The position numbers and the translations under genes were made by a program. From the NCBI GenBank assembly GCA_965235115.1, contig OZ249440.1, positions 9,982,001 to 10,046,000 on the forward strand: a DNA stretch of 64,000 bases, in the 5' to 3' direction. Each line of letters starts with the position of its first letter. Positions within the stretch are counted from its first letter, which is position 1. The stretch is from Laetmonice hystrix. Lineage: Eukaryota. The notes below the pieces were generated by a model that made no database searches, had not been told where the DNA came from, and worked only from the letters and a program-made list of their open reading frames with translations. Shown here piece by piece: positions 26,819 through 39,128 of this stretch.

Positions 26819-28334
26819 TTTACCATGCAGCCGACATTCACGAGTTGAGAGTAAAGCGACCAGCTTTAGTACAGGATGAACCGAGACCCTGGGTGTTGGC
26901 CTCAGACGGGGAAACCGTAACTCTGGGAAACTTCTGCAGCTGGTCCCTACTCTTGTTTGGATCCTGTCACTTCTGTGGGTGAAATCCGGCACGTAGACTA
27001 AACACCCCATGGACATCAGGATCCTAAATCTCCACAATAAATCTGCTGCCCCGACCTCGGGCCGATACTCTATAGGGGTGCACCCTCTTTGCGGAGTCAG
27101 ATTGACCAAATCTACAACAAGCGCAGAGCACCTTCATCTCAGTCGCCTTGGGAAATTAATGGAAACATCCCAGACCCCTTGAAGACTGGCCTCATGTGCT
27201 GGGGTGTTCATCTGAAGTAAGGATGGGAAGATCGTATTCCCAGCTGTAATAATTTAGGTTTCATTGGATGTGAGCCACTGGCATTTACTTAGACAGTCCT
27301 ATCTCTTCTTCCCAACGATGATCGAGGGGGAAACCGAAGTTTCTCTACGATTTCCATTACATTTAACCCTATTCCTCTTCTTATAAGTAGTCCAAGTTTA
27401 GGTGGAGATATACGTTGCCAGGTGATAATAACAACCACGAAGATGGCAACATAACAAACACGATACTTTATACAAAGAATGAAAGGCCTCAAAGATGAAT
27501 GCGCATGAGCGGAAAAAGAGAAGCGTCCACACAATACAGCAGTCAGAAAATGTCGAATGATTTTCTACCTCCAGTACCTAATAGGTAAAGTCTTGATTGA
27601 GGCAATGGCTTTGAATGACCCCTTCCTCGGAGATATAGGAGACTACCCTATCCTCTTGTGCTAATACCATGCACAGCTATAAATACACTGACGATGTATT
27701 GATTTTTTTCCTGTACAGTTCTTTGGTTTGATGTGCTCCACGGAACGCCTTTTGAATGTTCATCGTCAAGTAGCCAATATTACGGGGCCCGTTCCTTGTG
27801 CCGAACCCTTACAGTTGATCCTTGGATCTAGTGACAAGCCCCAGCCCTCCTTTATTATAACAAGGTCACATAGTTATTGATGCTATCCCTGCCGTGGTTA
27901 TTACCCGCCAATAATTCTCCACACTGACAGGTACACCCGGAATTATCCGACTGAAATGCACTAAAGTACTTAGTAGCCTTTGGAGGTATAGTGGGCTAAT
28001 CGGTTGTCATCTATCACATGTGGACTTGGCGTGACCATAGATGTGTAGGAGACCAAGGCAGGGGAGCGATCATTGCCTGGGCTGGCTGGCAGGCAGGTTG
28101 GCTGGCTGGCTGGCTGGCACGATCCCACACCTGTGGCAGGTATAGTGAGACACGTGGGCAGTGTCTTCTGCCATGTATTTGTTTACATATATTCAGAACA
28201 GCTTTCTGGCACCGAGGTCATAATCTTTTTTTTCTTCTCCGAGTGGGATTCAAAAGAGGGAGGGCGGACTTGGCGATGATAGCAGACCCCCCCGTCTACC
28301 CTATAGCTGGCGTGACGCCCACACTGCGGCCAAA

Positions 28335-28495
28335 GGTCCCGATTTTCAAACATTAAGCTTACCGCTTGTGATTGGCTGGTTGGTTTGATTGAGCGTCCTG
28401 ATTGGCTGGTTGGTTTGATTGAGCGTCCTGATTGGCTGGTTGGTTTGATTAAGCGTTAAGCCAAAGCAAGAACTTCAATTTTGACAAACTAAACC
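28335..28495. mobile_element. Degenerate Harbinger-like MITE with an internal 30-bp triplication
   Basis: Left end ggtcccgattttcaaacattaagctta, right end aagcaagaacttcaattttgacaaactaaacc|ctg. The unit tgattggctggttggtttgattgagcgtcc starts at 28369, 28399 and 28429. Confidence 0.65.
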
Positions 28496-29720
28496 CTGCG
28501 TGGAGTTCAGGCTGGGTGCGGCCTCGATACTGCTGCCAGTCCTTCCTCACCCAATGAATATAAACCAGCCTAGCAATCTTTGATTGTCTCTATTCTGTCT
28601 TCTGGCTCCAACACACCTCTGGACATGATATTTACAAGGATTATGGGCGTCATGCGGAACTGATGCTGGCTGGTCCACTCTAATTGGTCCTCTCTGAATG
28701 ATGGAGAGGCCGAACACCATGACAGAGCCTTGTGCACATAGGTCCGGCGCCTGGCGTGACATGCATGGCCTTATGAAGGTCCTGCAGGAACCGTATTGGC
28801 CGCAGCGGTTATTCTCACACGACATACCCTCACATTCATAACATTGAGACCCATGCAGGTTTGTGTTTTGAGAACCCTATAAACGTCCAGCCACGAGTGC
28901 TATATTGCCGCCTTGTTGTTTCGACCGGGGTGTTTTTGATGACATCGACTCCCCGCGGGACGATCATTACACCATTAACATTTAACCTTCACTGAAACTA
29001 CTCATTCCGTGTTTGGTGTTTTACTCCTGAGGACGGACGGTTAGAAAAGAAACGGGTTGCATTCACGGAGGATTTATCGATTTATATTCAAAGATTAATA
29101 GTCACCCGGCTACGGAACTTGTCACAACCTGTGCACATTTCCCAGGTGTAAGTTGTAAACGCAAAGATTGACGCTGTTACCGGCACCGTTTAAATTGCCC
29201 GCTCCATACGCACCGCTGGGTTAGAAATAATGACAATACTTGGGAAGGGATCCGACTCTCGATTACAACCAGACAGCAGTCCGATTAGAGTCAGTCATGT
29301 AGCCACCGATTTATGACCTGGGAAACATTGGAGAACGATTGTTTCATTACATCTCTCTTTATGGCCTTTGATAACGCAGGATATCGGCGACAACTGACAT
29401 ATTTCAACAGTAATGTATTCTCCAGACGTAGGCGTCTATATGAAATATACACTTAAATCGGCAAAACAACCGAGGCTAATTACGTCTGCCAATACAGTGC
29501 CGTGTCCCTAGAGATAGTGACTATTTTATGTAAATAAGTTAGATCCTCATAATGTACGTATCTAGGGGGTAAGACGCCGTTTTCAATGCTCTTTTTTTTA
29601 CCAATTTCATTTGACATTTTGCAATGTCTCTTTCCCAGTGGATCACAGACCAGCAAAGCTGACTTCTCTTGTAACACCCTGTAATTTGACATAACCTTAC
29701 GGAGTGATTTATGGGGGTTG

Positions 29721-29760
29721 ATCTTATCTTACCCGATCCGTATCTTATCTTATCTTATCT
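29721..29760. repeat. (TCTTA)n microsatellite
   Basis: atcttatctta...tatcttatcttatcttatct. Confidence 0.8.
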
Positions 29761-30978
29761 CTGGTACGACAAGCAGGGTTGAATACAGTACGGTCAGGTA
29801 ACATGCGACAGACAGGCATTCATACTGTCTATCGTTGTGATGTCAGAAGAGTCAGCTCGTCCACGGTGAACCTGCCAAGTGTCTAGTAGCTCCTACCTTG
29901 ATTCAAGAAGTGTACGCATAGACCCTTCATATTATAGTCACTTGGTGGGAACGTTGCCCATTGCCTCCTGCCTTTCTCCTCCCCCTCCACATACACCCAT
30001 GTTATTATCATGCATGTCACGGGACGTGACCGGAAACACCTCCGTGGCATGTCGGGAAGGACCAATTAGTAGAAGAATCGCGAGCGATGCCGTATTGGTT
30101 TTTGCCGGGCATGAATCCAACAGTCTCCATACCGATCCTACACTACGGCATGCGACCACAACGGTACCAATCTCGTTTTTTATTGAATCCCGATAAAAAT
30201 TATAGAGGCTCGCGCCAGTGTTAAAAAACTCATTCCGCAATCCTGGCAGTTAGCAGAGCCATGCAGGAACTGTATTGTTGTAGATTATAAACGAGAGCGT
30301 CGTAAAAATAATCACATTTATATCAGGGAGATCGAGATAGTTTCTATTTAATCTATTTCAGTTTATGAAAATGCAGTCCCCGAACAGTATTAGTCTTTTA
30401 TAAACTGCCACGCATAATGGTATTGTGATTACATCAGCGTCAATAACAGCGTGGGGTTTAGCGGCCACTAGCTCATGTTATTGTGTAAGTCGCGTCACGT
30501 TATTAGCCCTAAAGAAGGGACCAAGACTCCTACACAACATGTACTGTACATGAATAACAACTCATGTTTCCGATGATATGTCTTACACTGCAGTATAGGA
30601 GCTTCACCAAAACCCAAAGCGATCACTGATCACACTCGGGCCTTGCTGCTCTGTCAGGAAACCGTCTTTGATGTCCATTCACGCCCGGTTCGCCTTAATA
30701 ACTTCGTGTCTCCCGCCGATACGTCTCTAATTGAGTGTCCAAAGTACGCGTGACTGACTCGACATGACCGTGTTGTGGAGGCAAAAGTATTGGTGGTAGT
30801 GTTTCAGTGCACGGGATCCTAGTGGGGCGTAACTCTAGCACATGTACGCTGTTATCGCCGGGCCGAAACATGCACCCCTGCGTGAACAAGACTGGTTTTA
30901 AACCAGGAGATTCAATCAAGGCAGACTTTATAGGAGTTTCTCTATGATAGATTGGATGATCCAATTATTGGGCACCAG

Positions 30979-31157
30979 GGCACGGTTTTTAGTTCGTCAT
31001 TTTACCAATCTTAAGACTGGAATTTTAAGACTGACTTGTGTTATGGTCTCTCATTGGCTGATTTCATTTGAAGGACCAACCAGAAGCTCCGAAACAAGAG
31101 TTCACTCTTAAGACGATTTAAATCTTAAGACTCGGTTTGCAAACTAAAAAGCGGGCC
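30979..31157. mobile_element. Harbinger-like MITE
   Basis: TIR ggcacggtttttagttcg versus ggcccgctttttagtttg, flanks CAG/CAT, internal cttaag repeats and cattggctg. Confidence 0.65.
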
Positions 31158-31981
31158 CATGTCCATGTGTTGGCCGGCTCATTAATTGTACCATGGGCCG
31201 ATGCCAGGACACGAGGACTACACGCCAGACATGATGGTGTGCTCAGTGACACGTTGACATGATAAATGGTGATCAGAGCCGCGCCATGGGGCCTGGGCAG
31301 GTGTACCCACCGACACCTGAGCTCTCCGACCCGAGTCCAAGTCATAAACACAAACGAGACTCTGTTGTCCCCCCTGAAGGGTCACCCTTGCGCCAACGTT
31401 GAAGTAAAGGATGATGGGGTAGGCCTTGAAACTGCGCCTTTTCGAGGAAATCCGTAGGGAAAGGGAGGGGGGCGACAGGAGATCTGATTGAGGCCAGCGG
31501 TCTCCATGCTCGCACTGGCAGGTTTGCGTTTTGATGCCAGCGTAGTGAAGGGTTGAAAGTGATGACGATGGAGCTGGGTGCTGAGAGGTTGTGGAAGGGG
31601 TCACACTGGGAGAAGTCGGGACACACAGGGAGGTGGGAGAGAGGGAGGAGGGAGAGATACAGCGGCCAGCGCTGCCATGGAAAGAGAGAGGGGAGAGAGA
31701 TCAACTTGCCGGAGGTGCTCCCCGCTCCTTCCTGATGTCTATATGTTGTGGTGCTATGATCCATTGCCGATGGTCCGGTGGCGATTGCTCCCTGTGTGTG
31801 GCCGCCAACACTTCCTGTCATACCGGGGAGGGGGCAGTCGGCCGGCCTGCAGGCTCTCAGGTTGAACGGCTCCATGCACGCTGACTTCTGGTAACCGTAC
31901 GCAGGGGGGTGGGAGGGTTCAGAAACGTTCACCGGAGGGTTGTCTAACGTCACCCCGGACACACCATAGACTTATGGATCC

Positions 31982-32033
31982 ACAGGGCTGAACAGGGCTG
32001 AACGGGTGTGAACGGGTGTGAACGGGTGTGAAC
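31982..32033. repeat. 10-bp tandem repeat, 5 copies
   Basis: acagggctga x2 followed by acgggtgtga x3. Confidence 0.85.
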
Positions 32034-33599
32034 ACCCCGGGCGCGCCGTATACAAGGCCATCAAGGACGTACATGTACTACTTGTATCGGTCTGACCTCC
32101 AACATCCTGTCATACAGGGGGTCTCAGGACCTGGCATCCATGAGGATACAACGTCTGGCAGGCAATGTGTTGTCACCCCAAGTTAAACAAACGCATATCT
32201 CATGTTCCCTCCCTCCTAATTCCAGGATTCTTGAGGAAGCTAATATTCACCCCATGGATCACTACAGCCCGGTTTACTTTTTTTCTGGTGGATTTAGAGA
32301 CCCTTGATTAAAGGATTTATCATGAGCCGTTCAAAAATCACCTCCCAATCTGTCCCTTGTTGAAAGGCTCAAAAACAAGAACTCACTGATGTATACTGTG
32401 ATCAAAGATTGTCGTGGATTACTCAGTCAGTGGACGGCTTGCGACTCATCACCATCACAGCCATCCCGTGTAGTGGAAGTGATGTCTGTTAGCGGGTAAA
32501 GGGACCCTGCCCTTACCCCAGGGAACTCGCTCCCAGGGTCCGTGTATTGGAGCCCAGGGTTGTGGTTCCCTCTACAGGAGCCACTTATATACCGGCCGGG
32601 CTGAGCAATAGGGGAAGGCCCTCACACAGACAGGCGGTTAGTAACAATCTGAAGCGACTCTCGATTCTGGCTGACAGACAACCGTGGATGCATGTTGCGT
32701 CCCTAACAGGCGTGAATCTTACTTAACCAGACACAGGTGTAGGGTCAGTGGCCAGGAGGGCACGGGGTAGCAGTCAAAGGGTTCGAACCCCAGTCCCCGC
32801 CGGCGAGCACGTCACAGAGGGTTATAGTGTGCTCGACATCGGCCGTGAAAGTATCGTTTGACTCGGAGACATGCCGCCCACCGTGGGGGTATAGTTTATC
32901 ATTAGGAAGTGACACAGTCGTACGATGACTTGGTTCATTATTGGTAAAGGCTGGCCGTTGTGCAACACTGACAGGTTTGCTCCGGGGTTAAAAGAATGTC
33001 ATTTGGTAAAAACGGACATCATAATAAAGACGTAAAGATTCTGATAGACTCGGGCTCCCCTGGGGACAAGGATGGAGAACCATAGCCCCTGGCCCCAACC
33101 TTTACTGTTCGTAAGGGTCGACGAATGGGACGAGGACTGGATGGAGAAGTGGTGATTGAGTATCACATTGCAGAACCATCACGTCAGTGAGGCTTTTACA
33201 AAAGTTGAGGGGTTTTTTTTGGTAGAGCAGAGGGTTGCCTCCTATGGCGAGTTTCTTTCTTACTTCATCCTCGGGACTCATGGAGAACAAAAGTTGCCAC
33301 CTGGAATGAGCAAAGTTGTATTCTGGCCCTCAATATATAGCTGAATTATTGCCGCGGGGCTTACACCCAACAATTCACTAACCTTCCTCACGGGGTCATG
33401 TCTCCATGCACGGGATCATAATAAAACATGTACGTTATGCACACAGACAAAAAGTGGGAGAGAAATGAGGAATGCTTCCAACTCCAATGAAAAGTTGACG
33501 TGAAATCATCAATACGAATATCTCCTGAAAATAGACCTATAAAGACGAAAACTATCGCCAGTCATTCTGTCATGTATTTTTGTGCATTACGTTTTGATG

Positions 33600-33657
33600 T
33601 TTCTCTCTCTCTCCTCCTCCTCTCTCTCTCCCTCTCTATCCTTACTATCTCTCTCTT
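33600..33657. repeat. CT-rich microsatellite
   Basis: tttctctctctctcctcctcctctctctctccctctctatcc... Confidence 0.8.
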
Positions 33658-35101
33658 AAAGTCTACGCATAACGAGTTGTAACTTCGAGAAATAATAATG
33701 ACCGTTTTGGAGATTGTATATGTCTCTAGGGCTCCTGTAGTATAGGAAATGCCTGACATGTTATAAGTTTGGTATTGGAGGGTGGTAAGTGTATTGTAAT
33801 TGGAAAAGTTTGGTTGAGGGTAAGCTATGAACCGTTCTGTAGCAGACGAGTAATTCGGTTGCACACACCGAGTGACATGTTACAATTGACGACGAGTAGT
33901 CTCGGAGGCATGGCCTGTATCCACGTGGCCTGTTTCCAATCGGCTCAGCTATGATACAGCCAACGTCCAGTCATGTTTCTCCCGGTAAATGTGCCGAGTT
34001 GCCCCTCGGGAAACACATGTGCCTAAAGTGATGGAAGATGAAGCATTGCCTTCTTCTGCGACCCACGTGTAGCCGTACATATGGAGATAAGTATGGGAGT
34101 ATATACATGTGGTATATATTCAGTCGCGGGGCGGCCACATCCTCCCTTTCTACATTCACTGGGGCCGGGCAGTGCACATAGCTACTGATATGTTTCATAT
34201 GACTATACGAGTACCTGGCAGCAGCCTGGCCGACCGAGGGACCCTAGCACGCGCTGCACTCACGTACACAGACGTAAATACCGTCCAAACTAAATCCCTG
34301 CAAGCTGTCCCTCTGGGATATCGTATTTTTATTTACGTCTAATTAATCTTGCCTCCTCTCGTGGGCGCTAATGTAGGCCAGAGTGGCGGACACGGGGGTC
34401 GGGGGGTTAGGGACCGTGTTTCAGGTAGGGGGTTGGCAGATGTGGGTCTACGCTCCTCTAAACCTCTGACCGTCCTATCACCGGTCGCACCCCCCACCCC
34501 ACCCCAACCCCAGGGTTGATAAAGGACGGTTCCCTGGGAACTCATTCTAGGGATCGGTATCCGGGCAGAGATATACTCATGGACGACTGACCTATAATAT
34601 GTCGATTGGCTTGGATCATGATACGAACACATCTAACGTCATCATCCCATTTACTAAGACATAAAATAACTATTAGAAGAAAATAACAGACATCATATAG
34701 AGGAAAAACCATGTGGCATTGATTCCCGTGAAACCATCCATCATCCAATGGCTAGTACCTGCCACATGTCATGGCATTATATTGAGGCACCGAGCTCCAA
34801 AACATCGTCAATATGTCGCACACAATGCCCGTGCAGGCCAAGTTGCGTGCCCACCCCCGTTCGTCGTTGAGATATAAGCAGAGAAGACGTCTTGATGGAA
34901 TGCCTGTTAAATGCCATGAATAGGGAACGAGGAGAACCGTTGCTGGAGTTTTCACCCTGGGAATCTGGCCGTCTGGCGCCGTGCATGGTGGCAAGTTTCC
35001 GGTACCGATTCTTGTCTTGAAGATTTCCATTGGTCAGCCCGTGGAACGATGTGTTGTCTCGAAGGTTTCCATTGGACAGCGATACGACGTGACCCGCCGC
35101 C

Positions 35102-36251
35102 TTGCACGACGTTCCGTACTGGTTGCACGACGTTCCGTACTGGTTGCACTACGTTCCGTACTGGTTGCACGACGTATGTTCCGTTCTGGTTGCAGGACGT
35201 TCCGTACTGGTTGCAGGACGTTCCGTACTGGTTGCGGGACGTTCTGTACTGGTTGCGGGACGTTCCGTGCTGGTTGCGGGACGTTCCGTGCTGGTTGCGG
35301 GATGTTCCGTACGGGTTGCGGGACGTTCCGTACTGGTTGCGGGACGTTCCGTGCTGGTTGCGGGACGTTCCGTATTGTTTGCGGGACTTTCCGTACTGGT
35401 TGCACGACGTTCCGTACTGGTTGCGGAACGTTCTGTACTGGTTGAACGACGTTCCGTACTGGTTGCACTACGTTCCGTACTGGTTGCACTACGTTCCGTA
35501 CTGGTTGCGGGACGTTCCGTACTGGTTGCGGGACGTTCCGTACTGGTTGCGGGACGTCCCGTACTGGTTGCACGACGTTCCATACTGGTTGCATGACGTT
35601 CCGTACTGATCGCGACGTTCTGTACTGGTTGCGCGACGTTCCGTACTGGTTGTGGGACGTTCTGTACTGGTTGAATGACGTTCCGTACTGGTTGCACTAC
35701 GTTCCGTACTGGTTGCACGACGTATGTTCCGTTCTGGTTGCAGGACATTCCGTACTGGTTGCAGGACGTTCCGTACTGGTTGCGGGACGTTCCGTGCTGG
35801 TTGCGGGACGTTCCGTGCTGGTTGCGGGACGTTCCGTACGGGTTGCGGGACGTTCCGTACTGGTTGCGGGACGTTCCGTACTGGTTGCGGGACGTTCCGT
35901 ACTGGTTGCGGGACGTTCCGTACTGGTTGCACGACGTTCCCTACTGGTTGCGGAACGTTCTGTACTGGTTGAACGACGTTCCGTACTGGTTGCGGGACTT
36001 TCCGTACTGGTTGCACGACGTTCCCTACTGGTTGCGGAACGTTCTGTACTGGTTGAACGACGTTCTGTACTGGTTGTACTACGTTCCGTACTGGTTGCAC
36101 GACGTACGTTCCGTACTGGTTGCACGACGTACGTTCCGTACTGGTTGCACGACGTACGTTCCGTACTGGTTGCACGACGTACGTTCCGTACTGGTTGCAC
36201 GACGTACGTTCCGTACTGGTTGCGCGACGTTCCGTACGACGTTCCGTACTG
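35102..36251. repeat. 21-bp CpG-rich minisatellite, about 54 copies, with higher-order structure
   Basis: Unit gacgttccgtactggttgc(ac/gg), matching the 7-aa periodicity of the ORFs. Confidence 0.97.
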
Positions 36252-38232
36252 AAGAGGTTTGAGACGGGACGTTTGTTTTGGCTGCCGTAGTAAGGAAGCT
36301 GCAGGCCCAGATGTCGGTCACTGTGTCGATGGAGTACGATTACAACATCTACGGTTGTTGTAACCAACAACAAGGGAGTCAGCGAGTCCGTACCCATGTC
36401 AAATAGGCACCCACAACATTGGTGCAATCTACTGCCGATTTGGAACCCAACGCCTTCATCCGTCAACCGTCGCGCTTTTCCTTGAAGTTTCTTTGCTATT
36501 TTCAAGATGGAACCCCCGCTGCAAGATTTATTTACTGTGTATGATCCCCTCTGAATTCTGAAAGGGATTTCAATTATTTAAGCTATAAATCGCAATTAAA
36601 TGCATCGATAGCGTGCTAAGAGAACTCCCAGGCTGGTCGAGTAGCCTTCGTCTAACAGAAAAACGCCGAATTCTATAAGTTAAAATGTTTGTTCTTGTTT
36701 AGACAAATGACACCTGGGTACAGTCTCTGGCTATACCACCAGTCAGACAAATACAGATCGGTAGAGTATGACTAGAAGAGTCCCATAATGACCGTGGTGG
36801 TTTCAGCCATTCCGCATGCACCTATCTCTAGTGGGTTCCAATGGGGGGTTCTCCACCAAACGTCGCAAATGGCGCTTTCACATTATGGTTATTCTACTCT
36901 TTAAAAAACATCATTTAGCCTAGATTATTTGAACATTTGGCTGCTTCTGTACAAAATCAAGTGCAGCAGCAAAAACATACACCACTAAACGAGCCCGTGA
37001 TACCTGTAGCCAGACATGATAAAGGCTAGACTTGGTCTGTGGATTCAGATGTAGGCCGGGTATTAGATCTGTTTGCCGGTGTTGGGGGAGGGGAGGGGGC
37101 AGTGGGCAGGCAGGTATCTGTCGTTAGGGCACGCTGCTTTATTAATGGTGTTATCAGCAAGGTGATGTAACCGAACCGCCACTCAGCCGAGCCCCTATCA
37201 GTGATTAGTCGGCTGAGACTCATGCCAACGGGACCCGCCTGCCACAGGGGGGCCGTGTTGTGAGAGGTAAGGGTGTCTCGAACCCCATCAATCTCAGAGA
37301 CTCTTCTCGGTTTAAGGATTCTATAATGCTATCTCCTTTTTTGTAAGGTCATGTACGTGGTCTTGTACAGGAAGTCAAAATGAACGGGGGGTCTTAGCTC
37401 TAGCATTTGTGTTGTTATGTTGTGTCATAACGCGTTTCATCATGATCGAGTTTAAAAAAACCCCATTTCACCAGTGTGATTTATGGTCGAGAAGATGGAT
37501 GATTGCGTTTTTAAAGTTTTTTCTCGAACCTCACGGATATATGGTCCCTAACGAACGGTGTCAACCCCTGTGGGTATAGAACGGGTTGGGGTAGATTTGC
37601 CGTGTCGGCGAGTTTTACCAACAGACACAGACCAGCATTTGTCAGTTTGCCACGCGTATACTTCATTATAATGTGTTCGGTGGACAGCCAGTTTAGCTCG
37701 GGGGCAATCTGCGGTTATGAACGAGACTGAAATCACAGGTCGCAATAGATGACGATTATTTTTGAGAAGATAGTGGTGGCATCCCCTCCTTCCCCGTGCC
37801 GTACCGGGCCCCACCTCCTGGCACTCTTCCTGCCACTCCAGGGAGGGTGCTCAATCCAGAGTGCTGAGCCGACAACAACTGTATACATGGGGCTGTACAT
37901 CAGACAGACCAGTTTCTATGATCTATCGGCGGCGTCACCTGCTTTAACTAAGTGTATGGATGTACCAGGTCTCCACGATAGCGTTCGTTTACCCACGGGG
38001 TACGATCACTATACGGCAGAGAAGCAGCGGGAGTAGTGCCGTACAGGATATCAAAGTAAAGGTCGTTGGGACCAGGCACGGTTGTCCTTGGCTGGTGACT
38101 GTTTTATGTCCCTCTCAGCCTCCGCCGTGAAGACCTCCTCACGGAACCTGCGGATAAAGTTAGGTGTGGGTGAGATGGGCAGATCAGCCATCGACATATC
38201 ATCTAGGGTGGATCCGGGGAGTCTCCAGCCGG

Positions 38233-38541
38233 CCCTCGACCCCACAGAGTGTCAGGGGGGATCCCCTGTCCACCCTCGACCCCACAGAGTGTCAGGAGGG
38301 AATTTCCTGTCCACCCTCTACCCCACAGTGTCAGGGGGGATCCCCTGCCCACCCTCGACCCCACAGAGTGTCAGGAGGGAATCTCCTGTCCACCCTCGAC
38401 CCCACAGTATCAGGGGGAAACCCCCTGCCGACCCTCGACCCCACAGAGTGTCAGGAGGGAATCTCCTGTCCATCCTCGACCCCACTGTAGCAGGGGGAAT
38501 CCCCTGCCGGCCCTCGACCCCACAGTGTCAGGGGGAATCCC
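38233..38541. repeat. About 40-bp minisatellite, about 8 copies
   Basis: Unit ccctcgaccccacagagtgtcagggggaatcccctgtcca with small indels. Confidence 0.93.
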
Positions 38542-38952
38542 TTGGCGGCCACACGGGGTTCCCCCTCCTCACCCTGATCAGCAAGCCTTTCACCCCTGCC
38601 CGACCCCGGCCACTTTCACAGCCAGCACCCATGCACCGGGCCGGCCGACCTGTCTCATGGCCCGCCCCGGCACATAGCCTCTCAATGTGATTATCAGCAG
38701 CGTGCATTACGCCTAGCCCATCCTCAACCCTTCCTGTGATCTCTTAACCAGAAATAATTGCGTTCTATAACCTGACGATTTTCCTAGGCAACCCGAGCGT
38801 TGCGGTGCCAGTGGCGCGTCTTTTCTCCCGTGTGTGTTCGATAGAGTAGCGATGGTACTGCGGCGAGAAGTTGGAGGTCTGCAGCCCAGTTTTACTCGAG
38901 AAATAAAACCGGAGACGTCTCTGACGTTTACGGCTGTCAGCAGGGCGCTTCT

Positions 38953-39128
38953 ATGTATCAACATGTATAACGAGACCTTTGTCTCAGAACTCTCCAGTTT
39001 AGCAATGTTAAGTGGATTGATAATTATGTATCATCATGTAAGGAGACCTTTGTCTCAGAACTCTTCAGTTTAGCAATGTGGATTGATAATTATGTATCAT
39101 CATGTAACGAGACTTTTTGTCTCAGAAT
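38953..39128. repeat. 66-73-bp tandem repeat, about 2.5 copies
   Basis: atgtatcatcatgtaacgagacctttgtctcagaactc... starts at 38953, 39026 and 39092. Confidence 0.9.

Noticed and set aside
29938-30240. Minus-strand RNEFFNTGASLYN resembling a LINE C-terminus, with a (GATAA)n tail at 29721-29760
   Set aside because: There is a stop just upstream, the following residues do not fit, and the tail is about 400 bp away; insufficient support.
34981-36505. Cluster of long ORFs on both strands
   Set aside because: Artefacts of the 21-bp minisatellite; the unique flanks resemble no protein I recognise.
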